64,000 nt of DNA from Leucoraja erinacea (GCF_028641065.1 NC_073401.1:19592001-19656000), one strand, 5' to 3'. Numbered from the stretch's first letter, positions 12,109 through 24,919 are shown. Made by a program: numbers and translations. Notes: generated from the letters alone by a model not told the origin.

Positions 12109-15100
12109 GTAAGAGAATGGTATTATGTCATTTAATTTTACAAACTCATTAGAGTGTTTCAACCAAGTAAACCATGGTTTAAAAGAGCAGTTTGCTTTAT
12201 CTTTTTTCAAATGTGCTGGCATTGGGCAAAAGACATGGGGTACTTTTCCCCCCCGTGGTGCCATTCTTCAGATACTTTACACCAAACATCATGTAAAAAT
12301 GAGTCATTTGGTGGTGAAGGTGTGCGCTGCTTTCTGATGGCCCCTGTTACTAAACATTGACAATTTCAGGTTGAGAATAAGGGATGGGAGTGTGGTGTGA
12401 GTGCAGGAAGGAAATCACTTCATGTTAATGCTCCGCTTCAAATTACAACCGCATCTAGACTAATGAGCCTGCAATGCAAACCTAATTAACCAAATAAAGA
12501 CCTTGTTGGAAAGCTATGCAAGATACTGACGGAAGTTGTCCTCACCAGATGGAAGCTTTGTAATTCAATCTGAGCTTGTCGTCAGATTTAAATCCAGCTC
12601 AAAGCACAATATTTATCTCTCCGTTTCCGGTGAATGTTTGAGAGCAGATTCATCATTGGCGGTTAATCGATCAGAGTTTGGAGCACTCACTGAGTGGGAG
12701 TGAGCTATGTATCATGGCAGTGAGGGGGGGGGGGGGGGGGGAGAGAGAAACCTACAGCATTGGGGTAATTGTGTTGCTGAAGGGAGTGACACTGAAGAAG
12801 TAGTGCCTAGTGCTTACTGTTCTTGGAGATCACAGGACTGAGGTATGGGCTGGAGTAGACTAACGTGAGAGGGAGGGAGTCATAATGCCAGAGATTCCTA
12901 CACTGAGTCAAGCCAGAAGAGGAACCTCGAGGGTCAGGGGTTGTGGTGGATATATTGTTGTTCCTTCTGGATCCACAGAAATCTTAAAAACATCTGGACT
13001 GTTTTTTGAGCTTCATGTGAACAAGGAATTCCATTGCACCCTGGTGTATACGACAACAAACAAATCTGAATCTGAGGAGCCAGTGGAGGTCACTTTCAGT
13101 GAAGATGGGTAGAGGGTGTTCCGTGCATGCTTCACCCAGACGTACCTTCAGTGTGAGCTCGGGTCTGTTCGCTGGCATTGCGCCCTGATTGGGGGACAGT
13201 CACCCATGTGAAAGTCCCGTTCCCCGTGGATGCGTCGGGAGCAAATACTAAATGTTCTCTCATGTTTTTCAGGCTGTTGTGATCTTGCTCGGATTGGGTG
13301 AGGTTTGGCAGCCTGTGAGGTGTCGCACTTTTGGAGGTTGAATATCTGGGGAAAGTAAATAGTTAATGGCACGCCCCTTGACAGCAGTGATGTACAGAGG
13401 TCCAAGACCATAATTCCATGATAGTGGCAACACAGGTAGATAGAGTGGTAAAGAAGGCGCATGTTCTGCTTGCCTTCGTTGGTCAGGGCATTGAGTAAAC
13501 AGGGGATTAGCTACAGGGAAAGGTTGGGCAGACTTGGATTGCTTCTCTGGAACGCCAAAGATTGTAGGGAGACCTTATAGAAATAGATAAAATTATGAGA
13601 TGCAGAGATAGGGTTGACAGACGGAAACTTTTTCCCCCAGTATGGAAAAAACATACCACAGGGCATAGCTTTAAGGTGAAAGGAGCAAATTTCAAAGGAG
13701 ATGTGCAGGGCAACCTTTCTTTAGACTGGTGAGTGTGAGGAACACACTGCCAGGAACGGTATTGGGGGCAGAGATGAAATTGGCATTTAAGTGACTATTA
13801 GGTATTTGCAGGGAATGGAGGGATATCTCTCCATATCACTTAAATGCCACGTTCATATCTACCTCCAACACCTCTCCTGGCAGTGTGTTCCTGGTCCCAC
13901 ACATTACAAACTTCTCACGTCAAGACTAGTTTAATGTTGCATTGTGTTGGGGCATGGACATTGTAGGCCAAAGGACCTGTTCTACCGTTCTATGGGTGGG
14001 ACCCGTAAATATCAAGGTCATTTCATCTTGCTGAGGTACCAGAACTTACCTCTGTTCTGTCTGAGTCTTGGACAATACTGCCCTCCACAGCGTCAGTCCT
14101 ATATTAAACTTCAGTTCTGGACGTGCCTTTCCAGTAACAACCCCACAGCAGAAGAGTCCAGATCCAAACACACCCATCACTTCCTTCTAAACTGTGGGAT
14201 GTATTTACTTACTAAAGGCATGAAGGACTCTGCTAGAAATGCAGCTGTTGCTGCACAGCATGAGACTCACTCTGGGAATAAAATGCTCAAGGACTGTGAA
14301 GGATTAACAATTTATGCTAGAGTTGAAAAGTGCATTCAGGAACGCAGTTCTCTTTCTGAAATTTTTTTAATTGAACAATTATGGGGAGAAATTTGATTGT
14401 GCTGATGGACAAATTAATTTGAACTGGAGCAGAACTGTACCGTTGTCTCTGCACACATCACATTGTGGCTCCAGCCTTTGTCAGCCCTGTTCAGCATACA
14501 TTTGCAGGCTGTTACTTGCACAGCTGCAGGAGAGGGGCACAGACTGAAGCCATGGCCAGCATCTCCTACAGGGAGGGAAATGTCGGAACCAAGCCTTGCA
14601 GACCAGGATCAAAGGTGGCAGTCAGATGCCACTAAATGGCAGAGGGAGGTTCTCCAGGGGGCTGGGGGCACCACTGTGACCCAGTCTAGTCTCGGCAGCA
14701 GCTGGTTGGCACGGTTATCTACAGGTTTGAAACATGGGTGCAATGGTAAAGGAAGTTTAATGATCGGGATGCATACATCACCAAATCAGTTGGGCTTAGC
14801 GCAGAAAGGGTGACCACAGAAAGGGCGACCATTTTGTGTGAATTTGCGCTCTGTCCACCACAGCCATTTACAGTTCCTGTTTGCCAGTCATATTAATTCC
14901 AGTTCCCATTTTCGCACTGACCCGTCTGTTCTCAACCTCCTCCACTGCCAGGGTGAGGCCAAATGTAAACTAAAGGAAGAGGCTGCCTGGGTAGTCTACA
15001 ACATGAAAATTGAATTCTCCAATTTTGGGCAACCCTCATCCAATCTGTCTTCTTCTCTCCTCCTATCTACCCATGTCCCCTCACATGTTCTTTACACCCT

Positions 15101-16497
15101 CAGTTCCCAGCCCCTTGTCACCAAGTTGGTGATATGCCCCAGTAACACTCGGGCCATCAAGACCTACTGGATCTGTGGATTGCTAACCATTTTAGCTCTC
15201 CTTCCTATTCTCATACTGACCTTTCCGTCCTGGCCCCCTCCATTGCCAGAGTGAGACCACACGCAAGCTGGAGGAACTGAGGTCACGTTGAACCTCCTCT
15301 GCCACTTCTTCCAATTTGGACAGGTCTTCTGTCCCCTCCTGCATTGGGATCGTGCAAGGTTAACTTTGGTCCCTATGCTCGAGGTCAGACTGAAGGTCAG
15401 TGGAACACAAAACAAACCCTGTGTAAGAAGGAACTGCAGATGCTGATTTAAACCGAAGATACAAAAAGCTGGAGGAACTCAGCTGGACAGGCAGCATCTC
15501 TGGATAGAAGGAATGGGTGACGTTTCGGGTCGAGACCCTTCAGACCCTGTTCCAGGTCCATCCGTCACCTCTGTCAATCGTGTCCCACCACTGGGTTCTT
15601 GTGTGCAAGTTCCTTCTAAGCCATTGAGGGCCCATTGAATGGTGGGAATGGCTGGTTACTGTATTTCCCGGCAATGAAGACGCTATGTTTTACCCGAAAA
15701 TAAGGCCCGAAAATTTACCTGTGTCTTGGAGACTGAAGGCTCAATTGTTAGCCAAGAAAGATAGACTTGGGCCAAATCGCTTTTAAAACATGGGTGGGGG
15801 TGGGGTGGGCGACACAATGAGGCCTAACACAGGGGTTGGCAACCTACGACCCGTACTCCAAACTCAAGCGAACCCAAGCGAGCAGACCTGGGAACTGCAG
15901 CCATTCGCGGCACACGCTGCCAACCTGGGTGTCACAGCCAAACCTGGGGCAAGCGAGATGACCTGGGCGCTACAGCCAATCCCGTGGCACGCTGGCTCTG
16001 GAGGTGTGTGGCGGTTCTTGATCAAGTGAGAATAACAGAGCGAATAAGAATGTTGCTGCCTTGTCACGCGCACAAAAACAGTAGGTATTAGTTTTGAAAT
16101 TCTCGTAATCACTATTTTTGACCTGGCTTGGAGACCGGACAGTGAGGGGACCAGCTCAAGAGTCCCGGTGTGCACCCGTTTTTCAAACCATCTCTCCACC
16201 TGCCATCACCCTCCACCCTCCACCCAGTCAGTCATTCTGGATCTTGGGCAAATTGAATTGTTACTTTCTTTATTTTTATTTTTTATTTTTTGGAGCGTGA
16301 GAAATTCTATGCCCTGCCCGCCTTTTTTCAAAATTTAGCAACTCAAAATGTGGGTACGTCTTCAATGCCGGGAAATACGGTAATTGCTTACTCCTGCACT
16401 CTGCCAAAGGTGGAACAGCAGCAAAGACCCCGTGGAGACGTTGGGCCAGGCAATCTTCATCTTTTATTTATTGAACGGAATCATTTTAGTGTCTTAA

Positions 16498-16665
<168 letters not shown>

Positions 16666-19600
16666 TGAAACAGATCGGTCTAGGAACGGGATGCCAGGGT
16701 GCTACTTTCACCTCCTCTCGCACTTTCCTGCCATGGATAGCTGTCAATGAATCGCTGTAGGAGTTCTACCTCCCCAGGGTCTGGACCTTTAATGGGGAAA
16801 TCAAATTCTGGGAGCACATACAGAGTAAATGGCAGGGACCTTTGGAGCATTGACATGCAGAGACCATGGGCTGCATGTCCACAGTTCCCTGAGAATAATT
16901 AACACGTGAATGCAGTAATGAAGAAGGTATTCGGCATGCTTCCTTCATAGACTGTCGTTGAGTACAAGAGCTGGGACATGGTGTGACAGTTGTAAAACAC
17001 ATTGTAGATGCCTCACTTAGAGTACTGAGTACCATTGTGGTCCCCACGTTACACGAGGGATGTTGTAGCAATAGATAGTATACAGAAAATATCCGCCAGG
17101 ATGTTGCATGGAATGGTGGGCTGTAGTTATGGGAGCTGGGATCGATGCGGTCCATTCTCAGTGGAGCACAGCATGTTGAGGAGAGACCTTGGAGGATATA
17201 AAATTATGAGGGCATAGTCAGTATAGATGGTCAGGGTCTTTTTCCTAGGGCAACAGTGCAGAACTAGAAGGTGTAGATTGAAGTTGAGGGGGAAAATATT
17301 TAAGTAGGTTTTGCGCACAGGCCATTTGGAACAAGCTATCAGGAGGTGGTGGAAAAGGAAACGAATAGAAGATATAAATAGCATTGGGATCGATTCTTGG
17401 ATAGGGAAAGAGCAGAGGGACACTGGTCCAGTGTGAGTAAAAGGGATTAGTGTAGATAGACATCACGGTTGGCATGGATGAGGTGGGAGGGTCGGCTTGT
17501 GCGCTGCATGATTCCCACAGCGGAACAGGAAGGTGATATCAACACACAGGGATAATCACTAGACAATGACCTGCCAGCGATCCCAGTTCTCGCAGTGGAT
17601 CTTATGAAGAACCACCACGTTACTACCCGCTTGTTGCTGAACAACTTGGCATCCCCTTGAACCCGCGTTGGCAATCAGCCAGGCATAACCAGGTTATGGG
17701 AAGCCCCTTATTTCAGTTCCTTCTTTCTGTCACTGATCACTTTAGCCAATATCCTCCTTCTATCTCTTCTTAAGGCATGGAGGACCTCCCTCCTACTCCT
17801 GCTTCTCATGACTGAGGAGGAGGCCATCAAGTCTATGCCAGCATTCAGAGCAATCAGGCTCTGCATTCTGAAGCCATTTTTTGGGTAACTTCTCATTCTA
17901 AGTCCCATTCCCCCACTTATTTCTCTGTAACCTATTCCCTCTTGCATGCTCATTAACTCTCATAGCCCCCACCCACCCTGTCCCCACAGTTCTACCATCC
18001 ACCAATAATAGGTGATTTACATCAACCTACCAATCTTTTAACCAACGCGCCAAGTTCATTAACTATTCTGCCGAAGCTTTCATTCAGCTTCCAAAGTTGG
18101 GGGTGGTGAGCAGGAGTTGGAGGAGACGGGCCCTTCATCCTCTTACTGCAGCTGTGACTTCAGTCCGCATCCATTTAGTTTCAGCAGGTCTCACGGATTG
18201 CCGAAATTGCACTTGTGCCTGCACACTGGTGCAATGAGCAAGGTGAATAATATTGCCCATGTATTGCAACTGGATTCATGAGCTGCACGCATGAAATTTT
18301 GCATTCAAGCCATTGGATTAAACTCCCTTTATGCATCACAACTCCAGTGCAGTTGCATTTCTTGGCTAGTATTTGGTTGTTATGTTCCTGCTGTTTGTGG
18401 GGCCATGCCGTAACCAATTGCTTCTGTTTTTCCTATATTACATCAGAAGCTAAACTTAAAAATCAATTCACTGGCTGTAAAGTGCTTTGGGAATTCTTAA
18501 GGTTGTATTGTGGGGGCAGGCTTTCCTTGGCATGGAACTTCATACGGATTCTCTGGAACAAGATCAATGATGTGGTTCTAAGAGAAACAACAGACAAATT
18601 CCCCAGAGCCACATATGTTATTTAACTCCCCTGCTTTTCATAAGTGTGGGAAGTTCTAGGCTAACTTTTGACCCCAGGACTCTACATTCTGAAGATTTTT
18701 TTGGATGGCTTTTCATTCTAACCGTCTCCTAAGTTTTTTCCACAAGTGAAAGCTATTCCTCCTGTGGGACCCAAATTGACTGTGGTAAGCATGGGAATAA
18801 GATGCACTAAGTCTGTCACGTACAGCACTCACTACAGGAATATGTTGTTAAAGCAGCAGACGGCTTGCCCTTAAGTCATGGAACCTGCTTCATAAATTTA
18901 ACTTATGTAACTTATTAATGGTAAAATATAAATTGAAATCCCTGATGTTTAGTTTAGGTTTAGGTTCATTCTTATCACATGTACTGAGGTACTGTTTGAT
19001 GAAAGTACTCAGTAAAAGGAGGCATTTTCTCAAGCCAATCCTCTGCTCCTAATCCATCCGCTACCCTTGCTCAGCACACACCCACCATCCAAAGCTCAGA
19101 CATGTCAGTCGATCCCCGTGAATCCAAATGTTTTTAAGGCACAATGGCTGGGATTTGTACCTCCCTTTGTGTAACAAACTGTTTCCACATTTTCCGGCCA
19201 TGTGTCCCCTTCAACCATATTTGAGATCCAGAACCGGTGTCTGTGACGATACCACAAATAATATAGGAACTAATGGGCCTGTCCCACTCGGGCAACTTTT
19301 TAGGCGACTGCACGAGACAATGCCGGGTTGATGATTGCCGGGTAGTCGCCTTCATGGTCGCGAGGAGTTCCCGCATCTTGGGAACTAGTCGCGGCCTCAT
19401 TATTTGTGTCTATCTTCGGTTTAAACCAGCATCTGCAGTTCCCTCTTCCACGTGGATTATACAGTTAGTGGCTAGTATGGTATAATGCACTAGATATAGA
19501 CACTGCCTAAGTTTATGTATGTGTTGATACTGATTATACCACTTGGTACGACTTGCTACACCTTGTACCTGACACTGCCATCAGTCGAGAGTTAATGCTT

Positions 19601-21540
19601 TCAGGAAGAGCTGCACCTCTGCTTTTTGCATTTACACCCAGCGACACTACAGAGACAACAGACATCCACAAACTCAGGGTGTCAAACATATCACACTGAC
19701 TGCACGTTCCTGTCGTATAGTAAACAAGGACATTTTAGCAGTTTAAGACAATGGTCTTAAATTTGCTTACTGCCTTGTCATGTCAATGAAACTGCACTAT
19801 CAGTCACCCAAGTGCTGCTCATCAATGTGCCATAATGATCAAGAGGTTCATTTGCGGATCACAGAGCAGTAATACCAGGTTTCAGGTACAGCGTGATGCA
19901 CTCCATTGTTTGCAGGTTTTTGTAGCAACAGCACTGGGTCTCAGGGCGTAGCCACTGAAACATCCAGGAGCATGCTGTGCTCTCCAAACACAGGGGATCA
20001 TTGCTCCAGTGACTGGGAGTTGTGATAACAGGAAAAAGCTGGATAGGTAAGCATCATCAGGTGGCACACTCTTGCAAGGGGCCAAAGATAGATATGGCTA
20101 GGACTGCAGATGGACTCCACAGATAGACTGCCAGGACTGCAGCCGCCTCTCCTGATGGGAGGTTGCCAGTGAGATTTTGAAAGACATGAGTGCCTGCACT
20201 TTGGGAACCTGCAGTTGAGGCAAATGTTCATACCCATTCTGGAGGCTCTGGGCTGAAGAGAAGGTGCAGTCTCCATGAGTACGTCGTTCGTAGCGGAATG
20301 GGACATGCGGCAAAGATCCTCCTTGACCTCTATCAAAGCTGACCAAGTACCGCTGTGAAGTTATATCGGAGTTTCCAGATTGCAGAGAGGATGAGTTCCA
20401 GACCCAGTGCCTTTAACAAATGTGGTTTTGAAGACAAGGTTGGCTGTGTACAAGTAAATAAGAGCTTTAGGCCACTCTGGAGATGAGCTTTCGGCATTGG
20501 ACTGTCGCAGAGGTCACTTAGGAAAGTTTTTGTGCTAGGGCCAAGGCAAGATAGGCAAACAGAAATCGACCAAAACTGTCAGGACTGCAGAATTTCTTGC
20601 CAGTGCTGTTTGTGTGGTTGCTGTTGAGCAAGCAATGAGTGCCTGCACTGGTTTTCAAGGTGGTTTTCAAATGTTCATACCCTTCTGGAGGCTTGTGCAA
20701 GAGAAGGTGCCTCTCCTGGAAGTCGTTTGCTCGCGGAATGGACCATGGAGCATAGGTTCCTTGAGGCAAACTAGCAATTGCTGCTGAGCTGTGAGGGTAC
20801 GAGTAATGCAGAGAGGATGAGTTCCATCACCAGTGCCTTAACAGCCATTCGCACTTCTTGCAAGTCGCATGTGTAGCATCCATGCAGCAGCCTCTAGGCA
20901 TCATGAGATCTGTTTCTCCATTGGATGTTGCACCGCCTCACTTAGGACCTTTAACCTTGGAAGAGGCAAATGGGGAAACTCTCCAAAATGTCAGGAGTGC
21001 TTTGACATCAGCTTGTGCGCCGTGCATGGTGCTTGAACCTGCGGCGTGTGGGGCTTCCGGGAGTGTTTGTTATCGATCAGCTCCGCGAGTGAATCTGACC
21101 AGATTGGATGCATCACTGAGGTTGGAACTCTTCTCTCAGCTCTGGTGAAATGCCGGCAGGAGCTCTGCTGGGTGATATGAGACTTGTTGGTTGAGCCGAG
21201 GATGATACCCATGTCTCAGCAAGGGAGCAGTCTTTTTTTTTTTTGGCTGTAATTTCAGTTGGTTGATTTTCAAAGCTTTTTAATATGTTGAATGGGACCG
21301 TTATTTGAACTACAGGAAGGAATGGCTGAGTAAGAGAGTCAATGCAAGGAAGATAAACAGGAGGATGAGGTCAAGAGTGTCCCACAGAACAAATACAACA
21401 GCATTTGGATGTCACATTACAGAAACCTTATCAAATCGTGTTTCTCACAGAACCACGAGCTGATACTACGAACAAGAAAGGGATATGTTTCAAGCATGGA
21501 CCTAAATTAGTAAAAGTTGAAGAGACACTCCAAGGTTTAG

Positions 21541-21746
21541 GTAGGAAAGAACTGCAGATGCTGGTTTTAAATCGAAGGTAGACACAAACTACTGGAGTAA
21601 CTCAGTGGGACAGGCAGCATCTCTGGAGAGAAGGAATGGGTGCTGTTTTGGGTCTGAAGAAGGGTCTCGATCCGAAACGTCACCCATTCCTTCTCTCCAG
21701 AGATGCTGCCTGTCCCGCTGAGTTACTCCAGCATTTTGTGTCTACC
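21541..21746. mobile_element. Penelope-like terminal repeat fold-back with central hammerhead motif
   Basis: ~65-bp near-perfect inverted arms; core CTGAAGA-AGGGTCTCGATCC-GAAAC-GTC at 21654-21681. Confidence 0.75.
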
Positions 21747-22094
21747 CCCAAGGTTTAGGCTTAGTTGAGGTTTCACCATGGTTGATCAATCCAGATTGAG
21801 GATGATCAAGAAGCAAGAATTAGGCTCTCATTGCCGGGCACTTCAGTGGCACAAATGCTTCTTGCCAGCCCTGTTTGATTGGTGTCTGGGTCTTGCTGCA
21901 TCGAGGCTGTGACTGGAATTGACCAATGTGCAGTCATGACTGACTATCCCCAATTTTGATGGCTGGTCATTTGTTGAAACAACTAAAGGTGGGTCCGTCT
22001 TAGGGGACTGGCCTGAGGAACATCTGTGGCAATATCCTGGGAATAGTATGTTTGATTTCCAACAACAAAAACCATCTTTCTTCAAATTCGTTCA

Positions 22095-22430
22095 AATTCA
22101 TAAGACATAGGAGCAGAAGTAGGCCATTCGGCTCATCGAGTCTTCCCCGCCATTCAATCATGGCTGATCTAACTTTCCCTCTCCACCTCATCTCCTGCCT
22201 TCTCAGTGGCAATGAATTCCACAGATTCACCACCCTCTGACTAAATAAATTCATCCTCAACTTTCTAAAGGTGCGTCCATTCTGAGGCCATACCTTCTGG
22301 TCCCAGACTCTCCCACTAGTGGAAACTTCCTCTCCTGTATCCCGGTCTTTCACTATCCGGTAAGTTTCAATGAGGTCCCCCCCCTCATCCTAAACTCCAG
22401 CGAGTACAGGCCCAGTGCTGTCAAATGCTG
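22095..22430 (-). mobile_element. CR1 LINE 3' fragment
   Basis: NLFSQRVVNLWNSLP on the minus strand, plus CR1 3' UTR. Confidence 0.75.
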
Positions 22431-23122
22431 GCTGTTGGGTCTGACTCCAAACATTGGGGTGTTACTCCTGTGATATCCATTTAATTCGTTTTACAGGGTC
22501 TCCTTGATATCACACCCAGTCAAATTCAGCTTCAAGGGTGAGGGCTGTCACTCTCACCTCCCCTCTTAAATTCATGCACTTGTTCCACATTTGTACAAGG
22601 CTGTGCGAGTTCCCTCACGATGAGAACGATGACCTCCTTCTCCGCAGAGGATTCACTGTGGTGATGTTGTAGTTAATGATTAACGCAAAACGCTCGGCAC
22701 TGGGACAAGGTACAGCTGGATTGCATTAAGGGAGTTCAAACCCACGTCCCACACGCTTTCAGATAATCCTGCGGCCTGATACTTGTGGGCGTTTGGATTT
22801 GGGTTCACACAGCAAGCACTGGACCAGAATCCAGACACTGGTCGGCTAGGGTCTCTGGGCCTGGGGATTGCCAGCCTGGGAGTAGATCTGGGTTTGTGTG
22901 TTCATGTTGGTCGGATCATTTTCATCATTGCCCGTGCCACCTTCTCGTTGTGCTCGAAGGCAAAGCTCCTGCCGTAAGAGGAAACATCTCAGAGAGGCGG
23001 GGGGGAAGGAGATGTGGAACTGCAGCCAGTTGTTGAGGACATCCTTGAATGCCCCGTTGAGAAGTGTGCAGATGCCCAGAGTGCTGTCCGCACCACCTCC
23101 ATGTTCCTTGTGGTGTTGGAAC

Positions 23123-23156
23123 CAAAGATACTAGAGGAGCTCCTCTAGTGTCTTTG
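23123..23156. mobile_element. 34-bp palindromic transposon remnant with 8-bp TSD (P-element-like footprint)
   Basis: GTTGGAAC | CAAAGATACTAGAGGAG CTCCTCTAGTGTCTTTG | GTTGGAAC. Confidence 0.75.
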
Positions 23157-23989
23157 GTTGGAACATACGTGGGGCTGCAGCGCCCCCTGGTTGGAGATTT
23201 TCATTCTCATTCATGTCAGCAATGCCACAGAAAATTAACCACGAGCATTACATCCCAATCAAACCACAACGATGACTAGGCTGTAGTATAACACTAGCCT
23301 AAGCATTTCACACGATTGTCAAACTATGAAAAAAGATCACCTCTGATTATTCATAGATATGATCGCCTGCTAAACAATATTTTTTTTCCTTTAGTTTATT
23401 GTCACGTGTGCCGATGTACACTGAAAAGCTTTTTTGTTGCATGCTAATCAGTCAGCAGAAAGACAAAGATGATTACAATTGATCCATTTACAGGGATAGA
23501 TACATGAACAGGGAATAACGTGTAGTGCAAGGTAACGCCAGCAAAGTCCGATCAAGGGTAGACCGAGGGTCACCAAAGACGTAGATCGTTGTTCAGCACT
23601 GCTCTCTGGTATAACAATAGAATATTGAATACACACAACATTTCAAGCTAGCATAATTCTTGAACTGTCCAGAACTGAAAACAATACTTCAAATGTTGCC
23701 GAACCAAAGCTTGATAAAGCTGCAATGTGACTGGCCAATGTTTACAATTGGTATTGGCTTATTATAGTCACGTGTACTGAGGTACAGTGAACAGTTTTGG
23801 CTGCGTGCAATCTGGTCAAATCATACTGCACTTGAGTCCAATCATGCCGTACACGTACAACAAAGTGCAAAGAAACAATATCCGAGGGCAGAATATAGTG
23901 TCACAACAGTTATAGTGTTACAGGTATAGAGTAAAAGGGCAAGGTCGGCAATGAGGTCTGGAAGATCAGGACTACATCCTAGTCGTCAT

Positions 23990-24290
23990 TAATGCCTACC
24001 CTTTTGTGGGGTACATCGAACAATCCCTGTTCCAGGCGTACACTGGTCCTATCCCCGAACTCTATCTCCGTTACATTGACAACTGCACTGGGGCTACCTC
24101 CTGCACCCATGCACAACTCATGGACTTTATTAACTTAACTAACTTCCACTCTGTGCTCAAATTCACTTGGAACATTTCCAAGACTTCACACCTTCCCATT
24201 TTCACCGCTTTCTGCCTTTGCTGAGAGCATTCCCACCCCAACTCTCTTGTTCACTCATTCCTTCCCACCCAAACCATCCCCTCAGGGATA
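23990..24290 (+). mobile_element. Penelope-like reverse transcriptase fragment
   Basis: LFVGYIEQSLFQAYTGPIPELYLRYIDNC (YIDD-type motif)...FHSVLKFTW. Confidence 0.75.
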
Positions 24291-24412
24291 CAGACAGGGA
24301 TAAGGGTGATGGTTGGTCGGTGGGCAGAAGGACCTGTTTCTGCGCTGCATCTCTAAACTCTAGGCTGCTCACCCATCGGAATTGCACCTTATCTGCTCTC
24401 CTTCCCTCCCAG

Positions 24413-24455
24413 GAACAGTTCAAGAACGAGTTCACTTCTGGTGATGGCAAGAAGG
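24413..24455 (+). CDS. UPB1: beta-ureidopropionase exon
   Basis: cccag acceptor, gtaagc donor. 43 nt, EQFKNEFTSGDGKK+G. Confidence 0.95.
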
Positions 24456-24919
24456 GTAAGCAGGAACACTTTCTATTTCATTTGTAATCTGATGCCTTTA
24501 TTACTCCAGCTCTTGATCGGTAGCTCGCACCAGAAAAAACTTAATGTCTTGAAAGGACTGGCTTCTTGACACTGAACTTTGGGACACAGGTCACGACTAT
24601 TCCATCCTCCTCACCTGTCCAAGCACTGAGTCTTGTTGGAAGCTTCCATCACTTACCTGTAGCTCTTTCCTTTACCCACTCCCAGCTCCACTGGCTCTTT
24701 ACCGATGTTGGTATAAACTACTCCAACCTACAGACTCGCGTGAGGTGCTAATTTGGCAGCCGAAGCATAAGCTGATCCTGAATCTCGGTCTCGGATAACT
24801 TTTCCCCAGCCAGTGTGCATCCACACCTCCCAGTCGCAACAGCAGGCTGTCTGGCCCTGGTTGAAAGGCAGTCACAGCGGGGAGGGACAAGGGGGAATAG
24901 TTAGTGTTTTGGTGAAGAG

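Noticed and set aside
15829-16030. CAGGGGTTGGCAACC hAT-like terminus with internal ACCTGGG repeats
   Set aside because: Could not find the opposite terminus or a TSD.
20381-20400. GATGAG in the tandem duplication as a hammerhead core or C box
   Set aside because: Lacks CUGA and a correctly placed GAAA; no box D partner found.
20822-20842. TTAAGGCACTGGTGATGG on minus resembling miR-124
   Set aside because: Only the 5' ~9 nt match and I see no precursor hairpin.
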